DNA of 64,000 nt from a virus. Position 1 is the first letter of the stretch, and the number at the start of each line of letters is the position of its first letter. Of this stretch, positions 38,863-47,872 are shown in pieces. Position numbers and translations under genes: made by a program. The stretch covers positions 64,001 through 128,000 of IMG/VR virus record IMGVR_UViG_3300035698_018280; one strand, written 5' to 3'. Below the pieces are notes generated by a model that was given only the letters and a program-made list of their open reading frames with translations, ran no database searches and was not told where the DNA came from.

Positions 38863-41800
38863 TTATGATTCTCCTGTAGTGTTACCGCCGCCGCCATCGT
38901 CGCCGCCGTCGCCGCCAGGAAGCGTAAAACCGCCATCGCTCGGAGGCGGAGGAGCAGGGACAGAAGCCGATCCGCCTGATGCGCCAGTAATCGGACCATC
39001 TCCGCCGCCAGACCAACCATCGCTAGCACCCTTTGCATTCCGACCATCAGTACCAAAATTCCTAGTCTTGTAGTAATTAGGATCTCCGAATGATCCTCTT
39101 ATATCATCCTGCGTATAAGTATCAACAAAAGTTGTCAAATTATTGAAGACCGATATTTTTTGCTCAAGAGGAGCATTGCTGTCATCCGTATTTAGTCTCT
39201 CCATTGCCTCTTCGAGTGTAAACGGATTACAATTTCCAGGTACATTTACGATTATAACAGCCAAACCATCTCTATTTACAACAGTATCATCGTCTTCAAC
39301 TCGGAAAGCTCCGCCATAAACTCCAGGTCCAAAAACTGCATCATCCATTAGAGTCAATGAAAGATTTAACTGGTCATTCAGTCCTTGCTGAAAAACGCTC
39401 ATAGTTAGATCGCCCAAGTAATCAAAGCGGCCAAGCTGTCGTAACCGTTCTAGAAGATCAAGTCTTTCAATATCTCTAAATGTAATCTTGACATAAATTT
39501 CGCTTACATCTTCAGTTTCTTCAGTAATTGATACAAGATTATCATCTGTAATAGGAGTCACTGTTTTGCTTGTGCTGGCAACTGGGAGGCTTCCAAACTT
39601 AGGTATCGGCTGCATAAGCTCAGCATCAAAGAAGAAATCAACTTCATAATCAAGCTCTTTATAAGTAGCCTGAATATCAAGACAAAACTGCTGAGTCTTA
39701 CCAAAGAATGTTAGAATTTCGCAACAAACTCTCTTAACTCCGTCAGTAGGAGATAGAACCCAGGGAGCAGTAAATCTGTCTTTACCAGTAAACTTAGCCT
39801 TAAAGAACTCTCGCTCTGTTTCAGTTGTTGTAGAATCCGTATCTTGCGATGGCAAATCAGGGCCTACAGGTATCCATTCAGTATACTCTTCATCCTCATC
39901 ATTTTTCAAACGATAAGCATAGGTGCCTGGGACGCCGATGATATCAAGTTCTACAAAACAATCGTTAACAACAACGATAGGCGTTGTTAAATCAAGATAT
40001 GTAGAATACGCAATGTAGTCTTTCTTGACCCTCATCTTCATATACTGATCGATATCTCTTTCAGGAAAATCACCAACCGTGTAAAAACCGTCATCCGTAC
40101 CATCTGTAAACTGACACGGACGAATAGCCTCGTTGAATGCTTCAAGAGGGCAGCCTGTGCTGCAGGCTCTTGAGTACATTTTTGAACCATCATGGAAAGC
40201 TACATTTATATTTTGGAATGGATCGATAAAGACATCAGCGTCATAAAGAACCTGCCCTCCTTCATCTCCGAAGTACGTTACTCTTCTATCAAAGTCCCCC
40301 TGACCGCTAGAAATCAATTCGTTGTTTTCTGCGTCCCAAACTCCAAAGAAGTAATCAGGAGACAAGCCAGGCTGATCTGCAAGTATGCGAGTATATCTAT
40401 AATCTTCCCAAAGTATGTAGAAGATGTTATTTTCTGCTGCTGCAACATTTGGTTTCAGCGCATTGTCAGATGTCTCTGAAACACGGAAATCAGAGCCGCC
40501 TTGTCCGCTGCATGACCAATTTTTAGCATCTTTGTTCTCTCTCCATATAGAAGCATCGTCATAGAAGCAAGGACAATTCAATATGATTGTCTGAAGCTCG
40601 CTAAGAACACCATTAATAAACGTCTCAATCTTGACCGTATACGGGACTCCGCAGAGAAGAGAACGGAATGCCTTTTGCTCGTCTGTAGGCTGAAGAGATA
40701 TCGTAAACTCAGACATGAAGACGTTATCTTCAGACAGAGTATAATAGTCTGCAGGAATTTTTATAGCGTCAAGTTTTCTTAGAACTGATTTTATGTCTTC
40801 ATTAGTAGCAACGCCTGAGCTACCTCCAACAGGAGTAAATAACCAAACTCCTTCAGCAGCATTTTTATCAAACGTAAAGCTAAGCGACGTATAATCGGTG
40901 CTTCTATCAGGAATAAGAACTGGAGTTATTGGAACAAATGTAAGCAAACCATTCGGTCCATCAAAGAATAAAATAACAGTATGATCCGAGCCGCCAGCAG
41001 TAATAGTCGTGTCAAGACGCTGCTTGTATGTCACTGTTCCGCCAAAAAAGTTCTCTTTATTACCGAGGAACTTGGAAGGAGCCCAAAAATATTTATCATG
41101 TGTGGTGGTTAGATCATTAAGTTTTATAGAGCCGTTACCATTATCAGAAACCCATGTTGCATCCGCTGTTATATCATTCGGCGAACCCTCTTTCCACCCG
41201 TCATTATTAACATCAAATCTACTTGATACAGCAAACGAAAATGGCATATTGGTCTGAGAATCCCATTCTGTAAACGGCAAGAAGTTAGGCGAATATACAA
41301 CGCTTGCAACTTCTCCTGCAGGAACAGTTATGCCGTTAATTGGGAACGAAGTATAATCAGAAGTCCAATTGTCGGTGTCAATAAACGTTGCAGCCGAATA
41401 GACCAATACATCCTGTTCTGTATCAGCATAAAAACTAAGTTTAAAGTTTACATCTTTATCCAAAGTAGTATCGTTACTATAGAGAATATCAACATCACAT
41501 CTACGAGACTGATCTGCAGGACAATAGAATACAAAGTCAGAAGTACCAGAAATGTCTCCAAAGGGAGTAAGTATTACCCGAAAAGCATCCATAAATCCTG
41601 CGCTAACAAAAGTATTTAAGGTAAGACTTTTCCTATCCTCTGATATGGTAAAGAAATCTCCATCTGATTGCGGTTCTATTCCTCTTGAAGAAACAGATCC
41701 GTAAACAACAAGATCATGACCTAGTAACGAATCAGTATCATCAAGATCATTTGAATCAAATATTATTGCTGATATTGCCATATTGAAGTCAATAGTAGCA

Positions 41801-44800
41801 GTAATATTATTGGAACCAGATGTAGAAACAGAATCATGTTTGAAGTAAACAGATGTTATAGGATCGCCAGCAACAATGCCAGGCAATTCTGTTAATCCCG
41901 TTGGAAAGCTAATTCCGACTCCTTGACCTGTATTGAAATCTTCCGAATCTTGTGAATCGATAGTTGTTGGCGCAGCCCCTTGAAACTCAACAACGCCTGT
42001 AAGGTTTGAATCGCTTTCATTAGCTCCATTACTCATATCAACAGATCCCGTGATATCAATAATATTGACATTGTTGCTTGTTGATGTATTTACAGCGTCT
42101 ATAGGATTATCAAAATCAACAGTTTCAAACTCAACAGTTACATAATAGACAATCCCTGCTAAGTCGTCTTCATCTGAAACATTATATGTAATAACTGAAG
42201 CTTCGCCTTCAAGTAAGACAAACCCATCATAAGCCATTTGAAGATCATTGACTCTCCATCCGGCAATTCCGGTCTTTGAATTAACAATCTTGAATAGGTC
42301 TGTCTTATCTCTATCTGAAAAAAACGACAAACGAAAATGGAATTGTCCAGAAACCGATGGGATAAAATCAAATGAAACTTGACAAGAAAGCGTGTCTGTC
42401 TCGCCTCCATAAGGATCATATGGATCAATATCAAGATTTGTCGTGTAGACATATTCATCAGCTTCATCTACGGAACACTGATCAAAATACATATCATCAA
42501 TCTCATCAGATGTCGCCGCATAAACCTGCCAGTCTACATTACGGTTATCCTGCCATGCAATCAATCTTCTACCTTTAGGGTCCGCAGAAATCGATGGATT
42601 TATACTCTGGCTTTTAGAATCAGTGATACGAGTATCAAAGCGGAATGGAGTAGATTTGTTACGAGCACCAGAATAATAAATTTCCCAATAATCATCGCGG
42701 CTAGACTGAAAGGCGACATGAGGCTTGTTCATCTGATCCACATGTAAATCAGGGTTACGGTTCTGATGGTTATCAGATAACGTTATAGGAACTTGAGACA
42801 TAATCTCGTTATCTAATGAAAAATTGAAATTGAACTCTTCTACCGAAAGTTGCAAAGCATCCCAAGCAGTATCAGAAGATAATTCATCAAGAATATCATC
42901 AACTCCATAAACCCTTATGTCATCAAGGAGCCCGCCCAATACATGAACAGTTGTGCTTCCGTCACTGTTATATGAAGTCGGAGTTGTATTTTCAAACCTG
43001 ATTGTACTTGTTGTACTAGAAGCGGTGAACTTCATAAAATGGTCTTCATAGATAGTAACACCGCTATTTGCTGCCTTAGATGTTAGAGTAAAGGTCTTAG
43101 TGGTTGCTGCGGCAGATATTTCGATTCTTCTTCTAGTGCCTGCCCCGAAAATAGTATTGATTGATGGGTGAGGAGCAGCCCTTAAAAGAACAATGTAATC
43201 TTTGCCTATGACGGTTTGAATATCTTGTTCAATATAAGCAAGGGTGGAAGAGCTAGTACCAGAAAGCTCAATAAACCGGCTACCCTTTGCAGGATTGATA
43301 AATTGAGCATCTCCGCCTGGATCAAACCAATAAAGTACGCCCTGATTAGCAGTCCAGTTTTGAACTACTGTTTCTTCATTATCGATACGAATAAATGTGT
43401 CATTCGGAGCAAGAGTTAGTTCAAAATCTCCATTATTTAGAATATTGTTTGCAGCAGTACCTATAATAGACATCGCCGTAGTATCTCTGTCGTTGAAACT
43501 TAATCTAGAATATCTCTCATTAGGAAAAATTGTTACAGGGCCAATACTAATATCATTAAATTCCAATGAAACAATAGCATTGTCATATTTGTTTCCATTA
43601 TAGGGTAAGAACTCATTTGTAAAGAACTGAGAATCTGCAGGGAATCCAAAACCAATATCATACTGACGATACTGATCGCTAAAATCTGCAACGAACGACT
43701 GAGCAATTGCTGGCTCGTTATCTACAATAACAGTAATATCACCGTGGAATCGATAGTCTTGCTCAGATCCGTATTTATCTATTTCTAACAAATTATCTAT
43801 ATGAGTCGAGTTTGCCTTAGAATAATGAACAACTATCTTGAAGTTATGACTTATGTCTACACCAACATCTGTCTTGAAGGTCATAAAATCGCCGAACTGT
43901 CGTACTATATGGTGGCGTTTTCTAGAGACTTGGCCTGTTGATTCATCTTCGCTCGTTGCGACAATAAGAACCATCTTATATCGCCCTGTATAATGAACCT
44001 CTTCAATCTCTTTAAGATAACCCTCACAAGAGCCTAGACTAATTTCATTGCGTTCGCAATATTCAAAAAGAGGTTCCTGATTAGATGCCTTGAAACGAAT
44101 TTTTTCAGGCATAAGAGCTAGCATAAAGTGTCTAACATTGGCCGGGTGGGCTAAGTCAGCAGGATCCATAAAAGGAACATATTCGACATCGACTCCATGA
44201 GAAAAACCAGGAGCATCAGTTCCGCCCGAGATAAGAGAAGTTCTAAGATTTTCAAATTTGTAACACCCATTTATAGGTATTAGAGTGTCAAAGAACGGAT
44301 CAAACTTATCGATACTCATTCTGTTTCCTTGGAATTCATATCTATTATCATCAGTTGGGGTAAATTGCGCCTTCCATTCAGAATAAGTCTTGTTCTGCTC
44401 TCTCTCAGATAGAGGTACATTTTGCAGTCCAGATAGATTCATATCAAAATTTATCTGGTAACTTTGCTGTGTATGCAATCCGTCAAAAGCTTCAGCATCC
44501 TCATTCGCCGTCAGTGGAAATACAGCCAATGCCCCATCATCGCTTGGGTTGCCATGGCACGCTACATGCTGGCTGTTGACAATAGAGACGCCGCCATTGT
44601 TATCAAGAGCCCTTGTCCAGTCAACGCCAGTAATATGTATAGGATCTTCTCTAAGCGTCAGAATAGATTCAGAGATATCCGATTCTATTTCTTTCTCTAT
44701 AGCAGACATTAGGACTTGATTCATGATAATATTAGAGCTAGGCCCTAATACGCCGTAGTAAACTTGCGATGGGCCTGCCCTGTCAGACTCCCAGGCGATA

Positions 44801-46764
44801 TGAAGATTACCAACATAATCGACTTGAATACGGGCGTTCTTATTTTCTCCATCAAATGTTAATTGACGCCAATCAATATTTCCCTTTTCGGTATCATCTC
44901 CAAGTTTAAACGAGTAATAGAATAATTGATATGATCCGTTATCGATAGGAGCCTGGCATACAACATAGACATATGTCTCATCATCGATATAATCTTTACG
45001 AGAGGCAACTACGGGATAAACAGATGGTATCTCTCGCTGAAAAATATCCCTAACATGAGGCAACGGTAAAACTTCTGGTAGATTCTCGTTCGAAGGATCT
45101 GTTCCTGAAGCAATAACAACAAACTTTTGGCAGTATTGATTTGCTGTGATCGTTGGGCCGAAATTATTATTGACGCCCTCTGGCACAGTAAATCGAATCA
45201 GCCTATCGCTTCTTGACAAAATATCGTAAGTTCTTGCGCCGAGAGTCGGTTCCAAGAAAACTACTTTATTACCTGAGTCAGAAGTAGCCTGAGTAGTTGT
45301 TAGTATTTCAATTGTTCTATTGCTATCTAAGCATGTTTCAAAATCGCTTGTTCCATCAACCTTATTTAGAGTTCTAATAGAAAAACGATTCTCAGAGAAC
45401 ACATCAACTTCATTAGTTCTTTGTATTGCTTTAATACTCGCCGCTTGAGCATCTGCATTATCATTAATGGCAATAACAAACAATGCAGCAGTAGCAGGAG
45501 AATCTGATGTAGCCGTAACCTGTATTTCAAATAGCGCTCCACCCTCAAGACGGAACTCAATGCCAAGAAGCTCTCCTGCTGTAGCAGATTCGAGAATCGC
45601 CGTATGGTAAAAATCAGAAGGCTTGAGCAGAGTTCCGTTGCGAGTTGGATTTCCTTCTGACTTGAGAGACGTAGGAACATGCGAAAGAAAAACCCTGCTA
45701 GCAAGGGTTAGTTCTTTATTGACTTCTACCTGCGTAAGCTCTTCGACAGAAGGATCGTACTGAGACGAAAACGCAATAAGGGCCGTGCCGTTTGGGAGGA
45801 CGGTTGAAGATGTTGAATTATAGATACGGCATACGCCTTCTATCTTCGACGGAGATATACTGGCCTCATTGATAGGCCCGCAAAAGCCTGCTCTTGAATT
45901 GAAATAATCGCTCTCGCTATCATCTTTATCAAAAATACTCTCAGGCCCTACAACCGATCCATCAAAACAAAAATCATCTAATTTGCGTAGTCGAAGACCT
46001 GGCCCTGGCTCTAAGTCAAAGATAGCGCAATCAGGAGCATCAGGCAGATCGCTTGTAGCGGCTGATTGTAAGACTTTCATCTCTGCAGGTAAGTAATGGA
46101 TAAAACTTCCTGAGTCATAGATTTCCTCATAGTTTTCTTGCTTGCGCGAAAAACTAATGGGGAACTGTTGCATAGCAGAGCCGCCCATGGTTGAACCGCT
46201 AAGGACATCAATTCCTCGGAAAGTAAATGTGGCTTGGCCGTTGAAATTTGCCTTGGCTATAAATCGTCTACCGTTTATAAAGACATGAAAGACATTATAG
46301 GGTTCAGTTTCAATCTGAATACGAGCCTTCTCTTCAGGACCAATGAACGGAGGATAGACGCCAAGCCTGTCAGTTGTTGTCTTTCCAACTGGGTTCTCAA
46401 TCTGAAACGCAAAGGCCGAAATATCGGAAAGACGCCATTCTCCGCCGATCTCCTCTTCAACATTAGCAAAAATAGTTATGACGCTGCTCTCGACCTCTTC
46501 TGTGACGTTCAAATCGAGAACACCTCTCAAAGGGCCTCTGTCAGCGGGGGATGTAAGAGGAACGTCTATCCTCTCACAAGGAAACTCATTGTCCAGCGGA
46601 TCTTCGGTATCAATCGATAGAATTTGAGCGTTGACGCCAAGTGTGGCGTTTTCGAAGCGGACTCTCTGCTTTGTTCCCCACTTGATACCGTGGAGTTCAA
46701 ACTCAACCTTGCGTGTTTGGTTAAGCGTTCCGCTGAAGGGTTTTATTTTGAGCGTTACGGGCAC
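38863..46764 (-). CDS. giant virion protein, 2633 aa: dispersed BNR-type propeller carrying DUF642-like, PEP-CTERM/FecR-associated-like and laminin-B-like inserts
   Basis: GTG start with GGAG SD; NILNNGDFE..FTASSTTSTIRF..GLLDDIRV; YFWAPSKFLGNKENFFGGTVTY; HIAWESDR/IAWQDNR blades; Gly/Pro C-terminal tail. Confidence 0.8.
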   Translation of the reverse strand: MPVTLKIKPFSGTLNQTRKVEFELHGIKWGTKQRVRFENATLGVNAQILSIDTEDPLDNEFPCERIDVPLTSPADRGPLRGVLDLNVTEEVESSVITIFANVEEEIGGEWRLSDISAFAFQIENPVGKTTTDRLGVYPPFIGPEEKARIQIETEPYNVFHVFINGRRFIAKANFNGQATFTFRGIDVLSGSTMGGSAMQQFPISFSRKQENYEEIYDSGSFIHYLPAEMKVLQSAATSDLPDAPDCAIFDLEPGPGLRLRKLDDFCFDGSVVGPESIFDKDDSESDYFNSRAGFCGPINEASISPSKIEGVCRIYNSTSSTVLPNGTALIAFSSQYDPSVEELTQVEVNKELTLASRVFLSHVPTSLKSEGNPTRNGTLLKPSDFYHTAILESATAGELLGIEFRLEGGALFEIQVTATSDSPATAALFVIAINDNADAQAASIKAIQRTNEVDVFSENRFSIRTLNKVDGTSDFETCLDSNRTIEILTTTQATSDSGNKVVFLEPTLGARTYDILSRSDRLIRFTVPEGVNNNFGPTITANQYCQKFVVIASGTDPSNENLPEVLPLPHVRDIFQREIPSVYPVVASRKDYIDDETYVYVVCQAPIDNGSYQLFYYSFKLGDDTEKGNIDWRQLTFDGENKNARIQVDYVGNLHIAWESDRAGPSQVYYGVLGPSSNIIMNQVLMSAIEKEIESDISESILTLREDPIHITGVDWTRALDNNGGVSIVNSQHVACHGNPSDDGALAVFPLTANEDAEAFDGLHTQQSYQINFDMNLSGLQNVPLSEREQNKTYSEWKAQFTPTDDNRYEFQGNRMSIDKFDPFFDTLIPINGCYKFENLRTSLISGGTDAPGFSHGVDVEYVPFMDPADLAHPANVRHFMLALMPEKIRFKASNQEPLFEYCERNEISLGSCEGYLKEIEEVHYTGRYKMVLIVATSEDESTGQVSRKRHHIVRQFGDFMTFKTDVGVDISHNFKIVVHYSKANSTHIDNLLEIDKYGSEQDYRFHGDITVIVDNEPAIAQSFVADFSDQYRQYDIGFGFPADSQFFTNEFLPYNGNKYDNAIVSLEFNDISIGPVTIFPNERYSRLSFNDRDTTAMSIIGTAANNILNNGDFELTLAPNDTFIRIDNEETVVQNWTANQGVLYWFDPGGDAQFINPAKGSRFIELSGTSSSTLAYIEQDIQTVIGKDYIVLLRAAPHPSINTIFGAGTRRRIEISAAATTKTFTLTSKAANSGVTIYEDHFMKFTASSTTSTIRFENTTPTSYNSDGSTTVHVLGGLLDDIRVYGVDDILDELSSDTAWDALQLSVEEFNFNFSLDNEIMSQVPITLSDNHQNRNPDLHVDQMNKPHVAFQSSRDDYWEIYYSGARNKSTPFRFDTRITDSKSQSINPSISADPKGRRLIAWQDNRNVDWQVYAATSDEIDDMYFDQCSVDEADEYVYTTNLDIDPYDPYGGETDTLSCQVSFDFIPSVSGQFHFRLSFFSDRDKTDLFKIVNSKTGIAGWRVNDLQMAYDGFVLLEGEASVITYNVSDEDDLAGIVYYVTVEFETVDFDNPIDAVNTSTSNNVNIIDITGSVDMSNGANESDSNLTGVVEFQGAAPTTIDSQDSEDFNTGQGVGISFPTGLTELPGIVAGDPITSVYFKHDSVSTSGSNNITATIDFNMAISAIIFDSNDLDDTDSLLGHDLVVYGSVSSRGIEPQSDGDFFTISEDRKSLTLNTFVSAGFMDAFRVILTPFGDISGTSDFVFYCPADQSRRCDVDILYSNDTTLDKDVNFKLSFYADTEQDVLVYSAATFIDTDNWTSDYTSFPINGITVPAGEVASVVYSPNFLPFTEWDSQTNMPFSFAVSSRFDVNNDGWKEGSPNDITADATWVSDNGNGSIKLNDLTTTHDKYFWAPSKFLGNKENFFGGTVTYKQRLDTTITAGGSDHTVILFFDGPNGLLTFVPITPVLIPDRSTDYTSLSFTFDKNAAEGVWLFTPVGGSSGVATNEDIKSVLRKLDAIKIPADYYTLSEDNVFMSEFTISLQPTDEQKAFRSLLCGVPYTVKIETFINGVLSELQTIILNCPCFYDDASIWRENKDAKNWSCSGQGGSDFRVSETSDNALKPNVAAAENNIFYILWEDYRYTRILADQPGLSPDYFFGVWDAENNELISSGQGDFDRRVTYFGDEGGQVLYDADVFIDPFQNINVAFHDGSKMYSRACSTGCPLEAFNEAIRPCQFTDGTDDGFYTVGDFPERDIDQYMKMRVKKDYIAYSTYLDLTTPIVVVNDCFVELDIIGVPGTYAYRLKNDEDEEYTEWIPVGPDLPSQDTDSTTTETEREFFKAKFTGKDRFTAPWVLSPTDGVKRVCCEILTFFGKTQQFCLDIQATYKELDYEVDFFFDAELMQPIPKFGSLPVASTSKTVTPITDDNLVSITEETEDVSEIYVKITFRDIERLDLLERLRQLGRFDYLGDLTMSVFQQGLNDQLNLSLTLMDDAVFGPGVYGGAFRVEDDDTVVNRDGLAVIIVNVPGNCNPFTLEEAMERLNTDDSNAPLEQKISVFNNLTTFVDTYTQDDIRGSFGDPNYYKTRNFGTDGRNAKGASDGWSGGGDGPITGASGGSASVPAPPPPSDGGFTLPGGDGGDDGGGGNTTGES

Positions 46765-47872
46765 CGTAGACGTTCTCCATCATCTCTGTAAACTTGGAAG
46801 CAAATACTTCGTAACCATAATTATTCTGAACTAACTCATATGCTTTATCGGATTTATTCTGTGCTTCTTGATAGTTCTGCGAAACTTGCCTCATTGCCTT
46901 CTGTATGTCTGAGACTTTGACTCTCGGCCATTTTTTAAGCTTAAATTGAGGGGAAGGATCCAGACAATCATGAACCATATATCCGGATGGCTCAAGAAGC
47001 ATGCAGTTACCGCTATCGGCATAGTCTTTGCATCCTGCAAAGTTTGTTACTATGACAGGTACTTTGATTGCCATTGCCTGTATAGGCGGCAATCCAAAGC
47101 CTTCGCCAAGAGTAGGGGAAATGAGACAGTCCGCTGACTTCATAAAGCGGGCCATATCCTGTTCTTTGAATACTTCTCTTTCGAAAGAAACATGGGCTGT
47201 TTCCTTCTTTCCCCAGTTCTTCTTAATTTGCTCATACGATTGACGAGCTTTATCCGCTGAATCAGTTTTGATAATAAGACGAACATTCTCATCTGAGTCA
47301 AATTCCCTGATCCATGATTCTAAAAGAAGTTGACCTCCTTTTCGGGGCCTCCAAGTTCCTATAAACAAAAATGTAAACTGGGGCTGATCATGCATGGGAG
47401 TTACTTTGTCATTCCAAATACCGAGATCCAAAACGTGCGGAATATGAAACATCGGACGCTTTACGCCTGCACGGGAAAAAGTACGAAAATTGAACTCTGA
47501 TGGGACAAAGACGCAATCGCATCTATTTAACAAAGTTACCCATTCAGACGGCGGATTGAATGTCTCAAAAGTCGCAAAGGCTATTTTCTTCTTTAGACTC
47601 TGTACTCTTCTATGCTGAGAAGGTATAAGATGAAGAACCTGATATGCGTCAGTATTGATTGGCTTTTCTCTCATCTCCATGAGAATATCGAACTGTTCTT
47701 TAGTATATGCTTCTTTAGAAGGCCTACTATTAACCGCTTGAATACGGATATCAAATAATCCTGTTTGGTGTAGCGCAAAAACATTCGACGATGCAGCCTG
47801 TCCATAACCAGTCTGATTGAAAAAACCGCAATAATCTATTGGTATTTTAGGTAGAGATGACGACATGCCCAT
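46721..47872 (-). CDS. glycosyltransferase family 4 embedded in the structural gene block
   Basis: TGYGQAA, TFET, VPSEFN, PRKG, SPTLGEGFGLPPIQAMA; exact start uncertain (47872 or 47866). Confidence 0.85.
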   Translation of the reverse strand: MGMSSSLPKIPIDYCGFFNQTGYGQAASSNVFALHQTGLFDIRIQAVNSRPSKEAYTKEQFDILMEMREKPINTDAYQVLHLIPSQHRRVQSLKKKIAFATFETFNPPSEWVTLLNRCDCVFVPSEFNFRTFSRAGVKRPMFHIPHVLDLGIWNDKVTPMHDQPQFTFLFIGTWRPRKGGQLLLESWIREFDSDENVRLIIKTDSADKARQSYEQIKKNWGKKETAHVSFEREVFKEQDMARFMKSADCLISPTLGEGFGLPPIQAMAIKVPVIVTNFAGCKDYADSGNCMLLEPSGYMVHDCLDPSPQFKLKKWPRVKVSDIQKAMRQVSQNYQEAQNKSDKAYELVQNNYGYEVFASKFTEMMENVYGARNAQNKTLQRNA

